Assembly: GCA_965209055.1 (NCBI GenBank)
Contig: OZ242374.1
Location: 800,001-864,000, forward strand
Length of the DNA: 64,000 nucleotides
Origin: Acidobacteriota bacterium
GTDB taxonomy: Bacteria; Acidobacteriota; UBA6911; RPQK01; JAJDTT01
Direction of reading: 5' to 3'
Part shown: in pieces, positions 39,269 to 50,000 of the stretch
Numbering within the stretch: position 1 is the stretch's first letter
How the letters are laid out: every line of letters starts with the position of its first letter
The notes under the pieces: model-generated
Database searches by the model: none
What the model saw: only the letters and a program-made list of their open reading frames with translations
What the model was told of the DNA's origin: nothing
Position numbers and translations under genes: made by a program

Positions 39269-40015
39269 CTAGTACATGAACCACCCACCGTTGACGTCCA
39301 GGGTGGCTCCGGTGAAATACGAGGCTTCCTCCGAGGCCAGGAAGACGACGACGGAAGCGATCTCCTCCGGGTCGCCCAGCCGTCCCAGGGGAATCTGGTC
39401 GACGATCGCCGCCACCTGCTCCGACGGAATCCGCATCATGTCCGTATCGACAACTCCAGGCGCGATGGCATTCACGGTGACATCGGGAGCCAGTGTCCGG
39501 GCGTACGACTTGGTGATGGCGATGATCCCCGCCTTGGTGGCCGCATAGACCGACGAGGCGGCCACGCCTCCCGTCCGGGCGCCGACGGAGCTGATGTTCA
39601 CGATCCTTCCCGAGCCCTGCCGGACCATCACCGGCGACACCGCCTGCGACACGAAGAAGGTCCCCTTGAGGTTGATCCCCACGATCCGATCGAAGTCCGC
39701 CTCGGTCACCTCCTCCAGCGGGATTCGCGGGCAGATGGCCGCGTTGTTGACCAGGACGTCGATGCGCTCGTGCTCCGTCACGATCTTCTCGATGGCAGTC
39801 GAGATCTCCGATGGCCGGGAAATGTCAAGAGTGTAGGCGGCCGCCGACTTCCCTTCCCGGGTCAAACGATCCGCCAGTCGCCGGACTCCCTCGGTGTTGA
39901 TGTCGCAGAGCACGACCTTGGCGGACTCATTGGTGACAGCCCGGGCGATGGCCGTCCCGATCCCGCCCGCGGCTCCTGTGATCAATACGACCTTGCCGGA
40001 TAGCGTTCCCTTCAT
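39269..40015 (-). CDS. Short-chain dehydrogenase/reductase (FabG-like)
   Basis: TGAAGGIG, NNAA, YAATK, NAIAPG and DVNGG. Confidence 0.93.
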   Translation of the reverse strand: MKGTLSGKVVLITGAAGGIGTAIARAVTNESAKVVLCDINTEGVRRLADRLTREGKSAAAYTLDISRPSEISTAIEKIVTEHERIDVLVNNAAICPRIPLEEVTEADFDRIVGINLKGTFFVSQAVSPVMVRQGSGRIVNISSVGARTGGVAASSVYAATKAGIIAITKSYARTLAPDVTVNAIAPGVVDTDMMRIPSEQVAAIVDQIPLGRLGDPEEIASVVVFLASEEASYFTGATLDVNGGWFMY

Positions 40016-40037
40016 TCCTGTATTCCTCCGTCCCCAA

Positions 40038-41486
40038 TCAGACAAGCCGCCGGATCAGGTTGGACACCCGCTCGACGACGGTCTGTTCGGCGTCCGGGCG
40101 CAATGCCACCGGCATGGAATGGCTCTGCACCAGCAGGTCCGGTACGGCGTAGCGTTCGTGAACACTCCAGCCTCCTTGAGGATAGTCTTCGGCACGGGGC
40201 AGATAGGCGACGAGGCCGTTGGAGAACCCCAGGAACTGGGTGTGCTCGAAGGGCGATCGCGCCTTGACGTCCAGTCCGGTCTGAAAGAAGGCCTCGACGC
40301 TGGCGCTGGCCACGACGATGTCGTTGATCCGAATCGCCTGAATGAGCGTATCCAACGGCGGATTCCCCGCGTGCACGGCTTCGACCAGTTTTTCGGCCCA
40401 GTCGCTGAAGCGCATCGCCACGCTGATCTCCCAGTTCCTGGCGTCGCTGGTCCGGGCGTGGTCCAACTTCTGCCTCCACTCGTCACGGATGGCCTCCGCT
40501 TCCTCCAGCGGCGGCAGTTCCCCGAACTCCAACTGGATGATCTCGTCGACGGCGCCCAAATAGGTGCAGGTTTCGCCGTCGGCCGGCTCCCACGGCCAGA
40601 ACAGGATGTTGGGAATGACCCCCATGGGACGCCGCTCTTTCCCGCGACGGACGTTGGTGCGGATGTCCGCAGCCACTTTGACCACTTCGGCGCCCAGAAT
40701 CAGGCCGGTCCGGTTCTTGGTGTCCCGGCAATCCACCTCGTAACCGATCCCATGGACCGGATTGACGTTTCCGCCACAGGCCTGCAGAAAGACTGAAAGC
40801 CCGCCCAAAGTGTCTTCCACCAGATCGCGGGCCGGACCGGGAAAGTCGGAGGAGACCAGCGACGAGCGGGGGCCCATGGTCACGGTGTGGCAGCCGTAGC
40901 TGAAGCAGGTGGCGATGGGACGGCCCTCCAGATCGTCGATTCTGAGGACGCCGACAGCCGAATCGATGGGAACGCTGGGATCTTCTCCCAGGACGTCGCG
41001 GCCGTCGGGACCCGTCTCCCTCCTGTAGACGCCGATATGGGCTTTACCCCATCCCGCCCCGATCCGGGCCGGCTGCGAAGACTGGTCGGCCTCCACGCAC
41101 GTCTCCACCAGCCACTCGATGAGCCGATCCTGGTAGGCGCGTTGAAGCCTCATCTGCCCCGGCGAGTCGGGCAGGAAATCAGGCAGCGCCGGACCGCTGT
41201 GGGTATGGTTGAAATTGATCAGGACATGGGACGCCGGCGTCCCCACCGCCTCGCCGATGCGCCGCCGGATCTCGAGCGCGACAGGCAGAAAGATGACACA
41301 GATATCGATGCCGACGATAACCACCTTGCTGGCCTGATTGGAGAGCACAACGGCGGTCGCCGACAGATCCGATTCGACGGCCTGGAGCGGTTCGGCGAAC
41401 AGCCGGATCCCGGGCCGCTTCGTTCCCAGGGGAGGGTTGATGATTCTTCGGGCGGCGCCCGCACAGAGGACCTTCGACATTTTCAA
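40038..41486 (-). CDS. Neutral/alkaline ceramidase-family hydrolase
   Basis: NHTHSGP, YGCHT, SSDFPG and FLQACGGNVNP. Confidence 0.8.
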   Translation of the reverse strand: MKMSKVLCAGAARRIINPPLGTKRPGIRLFAEPLQAVESDLSATAVVLSNQASKVVIVGIDICVIFLPVALEIRRRIGEAVGTPASHVLINFNHTHSGPALPDFLPDSPGQMRLQRAYQDRLIEWLVETCVEADQSSQPARIGAGWGKAHIGVYRRETGPDGRDVLGEDPSVPIDSAVGVLRIDDLEGRPIATCFSYGCHTVTMGPRSSLVSSDFPGPARDLVEDTLGGLSVFLQACGGNVNPVHGIGYEVDCRDTKNRTGLILGAEVVKVAADIRTNVRRGKERRPMGVIPNILFWPWEPADGETCTYLGAVDEIIQLEFGELPPLEEAEAIRDEWRQKLDHARTSDARNWEISVAMRFSDWAEKLVEAVHAGNPPLDTLIQAIRINDIVVASASVEAFFQTGLDVKARSPFEHTQFLGFSNGLVAYLPRAEDYPQGGWSVHERYAVPDLLVQSHSMPVALRPDAEQTVVERVSNLIRRLV

Positions 41487-41532
41487 ACTCCCTTAGCGGA
41501 CCGTTTCCCGGATACGAGAGAGGACCGGTTCT

Positions 41533-43101
41533 TCATTCACCCCGAACATACACCGCGTAGAGCCTGGGGTCGCCTTCAGCCGAGGTGAGCCGGATGCGAA
41601 GCCGCACCTGCCGACCCGCAAGGTCCGAAAGCTGACCGCCGGGCCAGACCACGGAACAGTCGAGCCCTCCGCCCCGCTTCTGTAGCCACCCCGCGCCTCC
41701 GGTGCAGGAGACCGTGCCGGCGTCGGCATCGGAGTAGCCGGGGAGCAGATTGAAATCGACGCCGGACACCTCGACCCGCATTTGCGCCGCGAAATCGGCG
41801 TTCAGAAAGACCTGGGCCTCCCCCTCCGGCCAGCGGAAGGGCGCCGACCAGACCCAGCCTTCGGAGACGCCCCGAATCAACCCCACGGCGCCCCATCGAT
41901 CGCGAGGCAAGGTGGCAAGGGCGACCTCGCCATAATATTCGGGGCCCACCGGCGCGTTCCGCCAGCGGCCATGGTAGATCCAGGTCTCGTCGTCCACGTT
42001 CAAAATGCCGTTGGCCTGGCACAGGATCGTGGGGTAGTCCTTCCCGGCCACCGGCGTCACCGGAGAATCGCGCCGCGAGATGTAGACATGCTTCTTCACC
42101 GGCTCGCGAAAATGGATCCCGTCGTTGCTCACCACCAGTCCCAGGTCGCAGGTGGTGCCGCCGACTCCCGTACCGCCGTGGCGCCAGATGCCGTAAAGAC
42201 CCACCGCCACCGAGCCGTAGCTGGCCCCGCCGACGCCCAGGTGGACCTGGTCGTACTCGCCGGCGGCTCCTCTGGGACCCAGGGTCCGGGGCTCCGGCAA
42301 TCCGAAGGTCTCGGCCTGGCCCGCCAGCCAGTTTTCGAAGTCGTTGGACACCCAGGCGTAACCCCGGCGTTCGTGCAGCTCTCCACCCTCCCCAAACAGC
42401 TTTCCCTGGCCGTGAGCCAGGTAGAGCCCCTTGTGTTTGTAGAAGGAGGAGAGTTCGACGAAGACGTCGAGCGGCAGGTCTGGCCTTGCAGTCCAGGTCA
42501 ATCCGTCGCGGCTGGTGGCGGTTCGGAGGGTGGATCGGGCCAACCCGTTCAGCTTCGGTTCGGCCCACCGTTCCCGCGCAGCGATGGGATTGTAGACCAT
42601 CTTGTAGCGTCGTTCGGGATCGGTCTCCTCCTCGTCCTTGATGACGGTGACCCCCATGACCCTGTCGTCGGGCAAACGGATGGCGTTGTTTTCCAGGTTT
42701 CCCTTGATGGAGACCTGCTTCAGCGACGGCTTGATCCAACGAATGCCGTCCTCGCTCTCGGCGTAGGCGGCGGGACCCATTCCTAGTTCGGAGGGCCGGG
42801 CGCCCATACGGACCGGGTAGTACCACATGCGAAACTTGCCCTCGTCCACCATCACGGTGCCGTAGAAATGGGCCGCCAACTGGTCGGCCGCGCCGGGGTC
42901 GTCGCCACTGGGGACCAGCACCGGCTCCTTTCGGACCAGCGGCCGGGACAGGTAGTAGCAGAGGTTGCGCCGGAAGGGGAGCAGGTGGTCGTCGACGGCC
43001 AGCAGAACGATGTCCTGATGCCGTTGGGGCGCCGGTTCGACGCCGCAGGCGAGAGCAAGGGCCACTGCGCCGCAGAATAGACGCGCGACGGATCGGAGAA
43101 T
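41533..43101 (-). CDS. Putative lipoprotein beta-propeller hydrolase-like protein (paralog 4, closest to 93-1709; start approximate)
   Basis: Lipobox LALAC, FYGTV..GKFRMWY, YAESEDGIRW and DLGLVVSNDGIHFREP (near-identical to paralog 1). Confidence 0.72.
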   Translation of the reverse strand: MLRSVARLFCGAVALALACGVEPAPQRHQDIVLLAVDDHLLPFRRNLCYYLSRPLVRKEPVLVPSGDDPGAADQLAAHFYGTVMVDEGKFRMWYYPVRMGARPSELGMGPAAYAESEDGIRWIKPSLKQVSIKGNLENNAIRLPDDRVMGVTVIKDEEETDPERRYKMVYNPIAARERWAEPKLNGLARSTLRTATSRDGLTWTARPDLPLDVFVELSSFYKHKGLYLAHGQGKLFGEGGELHERRGYAWVSNDFENWLAGQAETFGLPEPRTLGPRGAAGEYDQVHLGVGGASYGSVAVGLYGIWRHGGTGVGGTTCDLGLVVSNDGIHFREPVKKHVYISRRDSPVTPVAGKDYPTILCQANGILNVDDETWIYHGRWRNAPVGPEYYGEVALATLPRDRWGAVGLIRGVSEGWVWSAPFRWPEGEAQVFLNADFAAQMRVEVSGVDFNLLPGYSDADAGTVSCTGGAGWLQKRGGGLDCSVVWPGGQLSDLAGRQVRLRIRLTSAEGDPRLYAVYVRGE

Positions 43102-43272
43102 CATCCGCTTGAGTTTCCCCATTTTGAGTGGAGATGGCAATCTCGTGCGCGGGGCGGCGGAGCCGATCGAACGCCTTGACGGATTTGGCCTCGGAATATT
43201 CGCCTGTTTCGCGTGGCAAACCATTGGAAACAACTCCGATACTTGCTAGACAACCTTGAAAGAAGCTAGAAT

Positions 43273-43303
43273 TGACAGCAATGAAGACACTTCTTTGCTG
43301 GCA
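43273..43303 (+). promoter_or_regulatory. Candidate TA autoregulatory operator/promoter
   Basis: Imperfect inverted repeat TGACAGCA-N15-TGCTGGCA overlapping a TTGACA hexamer, just upstream of the antitoxin ATG. Confidence 0.45.
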
Positions 43304-43309
43304 CATCTC

Positions 43310-43546
43310 ATGGCGCAACTGACTGTTCGGAACGTGACCCAGCAAGTGGTTCGTGCGCTCAAGCGGAAAGCTGCGGCCCATGGCCGATCCGCAGAAGCCG
43401 AACACAGAGAGATCCTCCGTAGGGCACTGCTTGAAAGGGAGGAGAACTTCGCCTCCCGAGCCAGGAGCCTTAGGCAACGTCTTCGATCCTCCGTCGACAG
43501 CACCGAGGGCATCAGGGCCGACCGGGATCGGGACACCTCGGAATGA
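43310..43546 (+). CDS. FitA-like RHH antitoxin
   Basis: MAQLTVRNV...LKRKAAAHGRSAEAEHREIL. Confidence 0.88.
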   Translation: MAQLTVRNVTQQVVRALKRKAAAHGRSAEAEHREILRRALLEREENFASRARSLRQRLRSSVDSTEGIRADRDRDTSE

Positions 43547-43971
43547 AGGGCTATGTCGTCGATGCGAGCATCGTTGTGAAGTGGTTCGTAGAGGAAATAT
43601 GGTCCGACGAGGCATCAAGCCTGCTGGAAGCCGAAACCACGCTGATCGCTCCGGAACTCCTGTTTGCCGAAGTTTCCAACGCGCTTTGGGCCATGCGCCG
43701 CCGCGGCGATATCGACAGTGCGGACCTCGCGGATGCCATCGATGCGCTGAGAGTGTCTCCGGTCGCGGTGCCTTTCTCGATGCGCCAGCTTGCCGCCGCG
43801 GCAGCCCGGCTTGCCGTCGATCTCGACCATCCGGTCTACGACTGCTTCTATCTCGCGCTTGCGGTTCAGGAACAATACCCTGTGATCACCGCTGATGCGC
43901 GGTTCCACCGCAAAGTGCGGAAACACCCCTACCTTTCTGACCGGATCATGCACTTGGCGAGTTTGACCTGA
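43543..43971 (+). CDS. vapC: PIN-domain VapC/FitB toxin
   Basis: VVDAS..VKW, AEVSNALW, YDCFYLALA and ITAD; ATGA overlap with the antitoxin. Confidence 0.9.
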   Translation: MKGYVVDASIVVKWFVEEIWSDEASSLLEAETTLIAPELLFAEVSNALWAMRRRGDIDSADLADAIDALRVSPVAVPFSMRQLAAAAARLAVDLDHPVYDCFYLALAVQEQYPVITADARFHRKVRKHPYLSDRIMHLASLT

Positions 43972-44064
43972 CTGCCAGTCTGCGGGGCGAAGACCACCAC
44001 TCTGTTACTCTCATTCCCGGCTTGACCTTACCTCCGGTTCGGACCTAAACTACCTGAAACCAGG

Positions 44065-45729
44065 ATGATCTTCTCCTATTCCAAATCGAGATCAGCGGCC
44101 TCATTGCTCCTCGTCCTGACACTGACCCTCGCAGTCGTCTGGGCCGGCCCCAAGGAAAAGGACGCCTCCAGCGAAGAGGCCGTCGACTACTACAACAAGT
44201 GGTTGAATGACACGGTCGTCCACATCATCGCCCATGATGAACGGGGGGTCTTCGAGAAGCTGACCAGTCCCGAGGAGAAAGAGAACTTCATCGAGCAATT
44301 CTGGCGCCGCCGGGACCCCGACCCGCGCACCATGATCAACGAGTTCAAGGAGGAGCACTACCGCCGGATCGCCTACGCCGACGACCACTTCTCCAGCGGG
44401 CTCGCGGGCCGGAATACGGATCGGGGCCGGATCTACATCATGCATGGTCCGCCGGCCGACATCGAGAGCTTTCCTGCCGGCGGCCGCTACGACAGGACTC
44501 TGGAAGAAGGACTCGGCACCACCATCGTCTTTCCCTTTGAGCGCTGGCGCTACCGGAACCTGGAGGGCATCGGATCGAACATCATCATCGAGTTTGTCGA
44601 CCAGTCCATGACGGGAGACTACAAGCTCGCCTACCACCCCGACGAAAAGGACCTGATGGACGACAAGGGATTCGGGGGCATGAAGTTGGCCGAGATACAA
44701 GGATGGACCGACAAGTCCGAACGCTGGCTCAGGCACGGTTACCCCATGATGGACGGGAGCGGCGCCGGCGACTGGCACCAGCTGCAGAAGTATTTCGACC
44801 GGCTCCGCGTCACTTCCGCCACCATGGCACAGACCAAGGGCAAGTACGACGACCTGAAGAAGTTCGTGAGGACCCGTGTCTCGTATGAGCCGCTTCCCTT
44901 TCGGCTCAGGAACGACCAGTTGGAGCTGAATGGCGAGGAAGTTCTGGTGCTGCTGACGCTGGAAGTGCCCAAGAAGGAGCTCAACTTCAAACCGGCCGGC
45001 GCAGCCACGGCCACCGCCACGCTGGACCTGTACGGGGTGGTGACCAACATGGCCAACCAGCATGTGGCCGAGATCGACCAGGAGATGGCCGTCCACGTGG
45101 CCACGGACGAGTTGGCGGGAGGGCTGAACGACCTCTCCCTGCACCAGGTGGTCCTTGCCCTGGACAGGGGGCAGCGCTACAAGCTGGAACTCTTTCTGCA
45201 GGACCTGGAGAGTGGAAAGGTGGGCAGCAAGACCCTGGCCATCAATCCATTTCGACCCCGGGATGAAGGTCTGGGAGCCAGTACCCTGCTGCTGTCGGAT
45301 CACGTGAAGCAGTTGGGTTACGTCCCGGAGCAATACGAGATGTTCGTCATGGGGGACCTGTTGGTCCGCCCCAGCGTCTCAAGGAGTTTCGACGGCGAGA
45401 ATCCGCTATGGGTTTACCTGGAAATCTATGGATTGGAAATGGACTCAGCCTCCAGCAAACCCTCAATCAAGGCGGATTACTTCATCCTTAAGGACGATCA
45501 GATCGTCTTCGAAATCCATGACTCCCTGGGCAAGTCGGTCTACTTCTCCTCCTATCGCCGCACCATGTTGCTGCAAGGGTTTCCCTTGGGCCGGCTGCAG
45601 CCGGGGAAATACACCCTCAGTGCGCAGATCGCGGACCAGATCGGAGGAAACAGCACCAGCCGCGAGGAAGAGTTCACCATTCTGAAGCCTGCCGTCGACG
45701 CCGGCCAAGCTCAGGTGTTGAAACGCTGA
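44065..45729 (+). CDS. GWxTD-domain secreted protein
   Basis: FIEQFWRRRDPDP, NEFKEEHYRRIAYA and GRNTDRGRIYIMHGPP; signal peptide. Confidence 0.88.
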   Translation: MIFSYSKSRSAASLLLVLTLTLAVVWAGPKEKDASSEEAVDYYNKWLNDTVVHIIAHDERGVFEKLTSPEEKENFIEQFWRRRDPDPRTMINEFKEEHYRRIAYADDHFSSGLAGRNTDRGRIYIMHGPPADIESFPAGGRYDRTLEEGLGTTIVFPFERWRYRNLEGIGSNIIIEFVDQSMTGDYKLAYHPDEKDLMDDKGFGGMKLAEIQGWTDKSERWLRHGYPMMDGSGAGDWHQLQKYFDRLRVTSATMAQTKGKYDDLKKFVRTRVSYEPLPFRLRNDQLELNGEEVLVLLTLEVPKKELNFKPAGAATATATLDLYGVVTNMANQHVAEIDQEMAVHVATDELAGGLNDLSLHQVVLALDRGQRYKLELFLQDLESGKVGSKTLAINPFRPRDEGLGASTLLLSDHVKQLGYVPEQYEMFVMGDLLVRPSVSRSFDGENPLWVYLEIYGLEMDSASSKPSIKADYFILKDDQIVFEIHDSLGKSVYFSSYRRTMLLQGFPLGRLQPGKYTLSAQIADQIGGNSTSREEEFTILKPAVDAGQAQVLKR

Positions 45730-45808
45730 CCAGGATTGGAGGAACGAATTTTCGGGCGGTCCATCGTCTTCGCCCGGTGCCGTTTCTTTGGTCTGTTGAT
45801 TTGGAGAT

Positions 45809-45895
45809 CGGCGGCTGGAAAGCCGCCGACCCCGGCGACAAGAATGTCGCCGCTCCTGACGCCGCTTCCGGCGACAAGAATGTTGCCGCTCCCCC
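45809..45895. repeat. REP-like cluster between convergent genes
   Basis: CGGCGGCTGGAAAGCCGCCG and two CGGCGACAAGAATGT(C/T)GCCGCTCC copies. Confidence 0.75.
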
Positions 45896-46919
45896 TATTC
45901 GGTCTTCGGCATTTGTCTCAGCGCGTCCAGGAGCGCCCGGGCATCTGCGGCGGTAGAACTCTGCGGCGCGAGTTCCAAGTGTTTTTCCAGGTGTTCCAGG
46001 GCTTGCGCCAGCCTGTCTTCCTGAAGTAGCAGAACCCCGACGTAGTAGTGTGCATCCGCGTGTTCGGCGTCGGCGGCAAGGGTCTTACGCAGAGCCTCCA
46101 TGGCTTGCACCTCTCTCCCCGCATTGAGGTGGTCCACGGCGATGAAGTATTGAGATTTCGCGGTTGCCCTGGGATCCTGGTCCCCCGTCAACTTCAGCCC
46201 CTTCTGGTACATCTCCGTGGCCTTCCCCGCCTCCCCCATGTCCGAGTAGACGTGTCCCAGGTCCTGGTAGTAGGTGGCGTTCCCGGGATCCAGCTCGATG
46301 GCCTTCCGGTAGGCGGCCACTGCATCCGAGGGCTTTTTCAGTTTGTTGTAGACGTGCCCCAGGTTGGCCCAGGTTGGCGCCAGAGTCGGTTGCGTCTCCA
46401 CCACCCTGCGGAACGCCTCCGCCGCCTCCTCGTATCGACCTCCGTCGACGAATCGCATGGCCACCTTGTGGCTTTCGTCTATTATCGAGACCTTCCGCTT
46501 AATTTCCTCCGCTTGACGCAACTCTTGAACCAGTGTGTCTCTCTCGGCCTGAGTCATCTCGGCGTGGAGGAGTGGCCGCGCGTCATGGTGAAATTGTTGA
46601 CGCCGCCGTTTTGTGACTGTGACGCCCGAACCCCCACCGACTCCTCGGTCCAGTAACCCTCCTTGATGGCCACGATTCGATATGAGAGATAGGGATCGAC
46701 GGCGATGTGGAAATATCGTCCCCCCTTGTCGGTCTTGAGTTTGTACCTTATCTTGCTGTCGAGTCCCTCGATCCTGACCACCACGTCTCTGAGGGGCTTG
46801 CCCTCCCGGTCCCTGATCTGGCCCTGCAAGGTGCCCCGGTGCTGGGCGTCGGCTTGCCCCGACGCCAGCAGGAAAAGGGTTCCCAGTACGAACCAGAGAC
46901 GACCGCGTATTCTGTTCAT
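45895..46919 (-). pseudogene. Carboxypeptidase-regulatory-like domain plus TPR protein with a frameshift near 46560-46590 (pseudogene or sequence error)
   Basis: Signal peptide and LQGQIRDREGKPL in one frame (stop at 46554); TPR repeats in another frame from ~46565. Confidence 0.75.
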
Positions 46920-46933
46920 ATCCTCCACCCCAT

Positions 46934-46970
46934 AAAAAAAGGGGGGAAGGGAACCAGTTCCCTTCCCCCC
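46934..46970 (-). terminator. Rho-independent terminator after the TonB-dependent receptor
   Basis: GGGGGGAAGGGAAC-TG-GTTCCCTTCCCCCC followed by T7 on the minus strand. Confidence 0.85.
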
Positions 46971-47002
46971 ATTCTAATCGACTTTTCCCGGCTTGAAACC
47001 CG

Positions 47003-50000
47003 CTAAAAGACGATCTGGAACTGGAAGTGGGCGCTACGGGGAGCCGACCCGAACCGCAGCAGGCCTCCGCCCCGTGAAGGGATTCCGAAGCGAGCCGGAC
47101 TGGTGACAAAGAGGCCGCGGTCTCTCGACGCCACCACGTGGTTGAACGGGTTGACGAAGGTCACGGAGAGCCGGGCGTTAATGTCTTCATGGAGCCACCG
47201 GATGGGGATGAATTTGTACACCGTCGCGTCAAAGGCCCAGCCCGGCAGCCGGCTCACGGCGTCGCGCGGGGTGGTGCCGTAGGTGCCCGGATCCGGGACC
47301 TTGAAGCAGTTGATGTTGACTGTCGTCGGCCGCGTATAGCTATGCGGGCGGACCTGGGGGTCGCAGCCGGCTTTGGACATGCTGGCGCGGCCTCGGAAGC
47401 GGCCGGTGTTGGTGGGATCGAATCCGCTGTAGTATTGGTGATACGGACGTCCGGTGCCGGCATCGAAGACGCCCGAGAACTCCCAGCCACCCAGCAGCCC
47501 GCTCAGAATCGAGCCTCTCCGCAGGTGCGACAGGTAAGGCTGATCCGGACCCCACGGGAGCTCCCAGATGAAGTTGATGCGGATTGAGGCCGGGTTCATA
47601 TAGGCGTCGGCCCGATCCCGGTTCCGGTCGTAGGGGTCCTCGATTCCGGCGAAGCCTCCGACGCGCGGGAAATAGCCCCGCCCGAAGGCTGACGCGAACG
47701 CCGTAGCGTCCTCCACGTCCTCGATTTCTTTGATCCACTGGAACATGCCGTCGAACATGAGCCCGCCGATAGGAGTCCGGGACATTCGGCGAGTGAACTG
47801 CCACTGGAATTGGTTGTGGCTCATGTGGCCGCCGCTGTCCAGGTAGATGATGTCGTCAAACCCCGGGTTGTGGGGGTAAATGAGCCGCTCTTCGGTAAAG
47901 GGGATCGTGCTCGCGGGAGGAAGATTGATGTCCCGGGCGTACCACATGCTGACGGTCGAAGCGCCGACGTAGGAGAAGCGAAAGGAGGTTTCACGTCCCA
48001 ACTGCCGCTCCAAGGTCAGATTCCACTGCATCAGGTAGGGTTCCTTGATTTTGGGATTCACGCCTTGGATGTTGAAGGTGGCCGGAGCCGAGCCCCCGAC
48101 GGTCGCCCGGGGAAAAGGCCGGTCGGTGGTGACCAGGGGGACGCCATCGGTGATGGTATTCCGAAAGTTCTCGTCCAGAGCGAAAGGCCCGCCCGTAAGC
48201 AGCGTCGAGAAGTAGTTGTTGGTGGTCCCGGAATCGTGCATGAACATGCCGAAGCCGGACCGGAGTACGGTCTTGTCGTCGAGCCGGTAGGCAAAGCCCA
48301 GACGCGGCGACCACTTGGTCAGGGAATTGACCAGGTGGTTGGGGAAACGGGCCTCGCTGGCCGTCTCGATGGGGATGGCGGGATGGAAGGCCGGGGCGAT
48401 CAGACCCCGCCCGGCTTCCGGCACCACCAGGGCGCCGGTGGCCATATTGAAATTGTACCAGGCCCCGTTGACGTCTCTGCGCGGGGAGATCCGGTCGTAG
48501 CGGACCCCGATGTTCAGTTTCAACCTGGAGCTGACCTGAACGTCGTCCTGCACGAACAGCCCGAACTCGCTGTAGCGCCCCTCGACGGCCGGCCGTGGAG
48601 TGTGGCGCCCCGTCGTGGTGGGAAGTCCCAGCAGGAAGTCGGCGAAGGGATCGCCGGTGAAGAATCCGGTGTGAGTCCAGGCGCCCGCGACCGCTCTGCT
48701 GGCCCGGAGGTCGCCCAAGTGCCGAATGGCGTGGTCGTAGCCCAGCTTCCAACTGTGGATTCCGGTGCGATAGCTGAGATTGTTGCGGACGCTGAAGTTG
48801 TTGTTCACCGTCGTGTTCGTGGCGCCGGCCCGGGTACCGATGGTGTGGATGGTATCGACGCTGATGAAGGGGAGGGTGTTGAATCCCTTGCGGGTGGCAG
48901 CGTCGTCGCCCAGGTCGATGCCCAGCGAGTCGATGAACAGGGCAGCAGTTTGGTCGGTTCTATTGTACGCATCGCGGCGGAACCAACCGAACCGGAACTC
49001 GTTGATGAGACCGGGCGTGAAGATGTGGGTATCGAAGACGTTGAAGACGTCGTTCAGGTTCCCGAATTGGTCCTGTCCGGTAGCGGGATGGCGTGCGCCG
49101 AACCAGGTGGAAGCCCCGCAATGACAGGTTTCCCAGAAGTCCCTCTGCGTATGGGAGATGCCGAAGGTGTTCCGGTTGAGGATGCTCTGGTCGATGCGGT
49201 AGATCCACTGCTTGTTGGCGCCCTGCGCGTTGCCCTGAAACTGGAGATTCTGCACCGGAATGTCGGGGTCGCCCACGTTGGATCCGGTGGGTTCCAGGAG
49301 CCACTGGTCGATCATGTTGATGGCGACGGGGTTCCAGCGCGAGCGGGGAATGATGTTCCCGGCGAACGTCTCCCCGGTGAGGGGGTCCTTCAATTCCCCC
49401 AATTCGGGCCGTATCTTGGCCAGATAGGCGGAAAGGTCTCCCCTGCGCATGGCCGCGGTGGGGGTGTTGTACCAGGTTCCCTGCCCGAAGGTGATGTTGG
49501 TGGGCGGATTCTGCTCGAAGGAGAAAAAGAACCAGGTCTTGTCCCGTCCGTCATAGATTTTCGGGATGTAAACGGGCCCCCCGTAGGTCCAGTTGTAGCG
49601 AAATGCCCACTCGCCGGGATTCCGCGTCGCGCCGGGTGGACCGGGCCACCGGGCCTGCAGCCGGGGGTGCCGCATGTTTATGGTGAACATGCCGTGAGGC
49701 CGATTCTCGCCCCGCTTGGTGACGGCGTCGATGGTCAGCGGGGTCCGGTATTCGGCGGCGGCGTTCAAGGCGACCGTCTTCTCCTCGGCGATGGCCGAGA
49801 AGGGAGGCCCCACCTGCTCGCCGTTCATGGGAGTCCCGTCCACCGAAGTCTGGGTCATGGTGGACCGCGACCCGTTGGACTTGTAGCTGTCGGCCACGTC
49901 AGCGTTGATGAAGGCCAGGCTCAGGGGCCGGGAGGCGTGGCCGAAGCGGCTCATGATCATGGTCCCACGCGGTCCGGCGTTGACGAGCCGGTCGGTCCGG

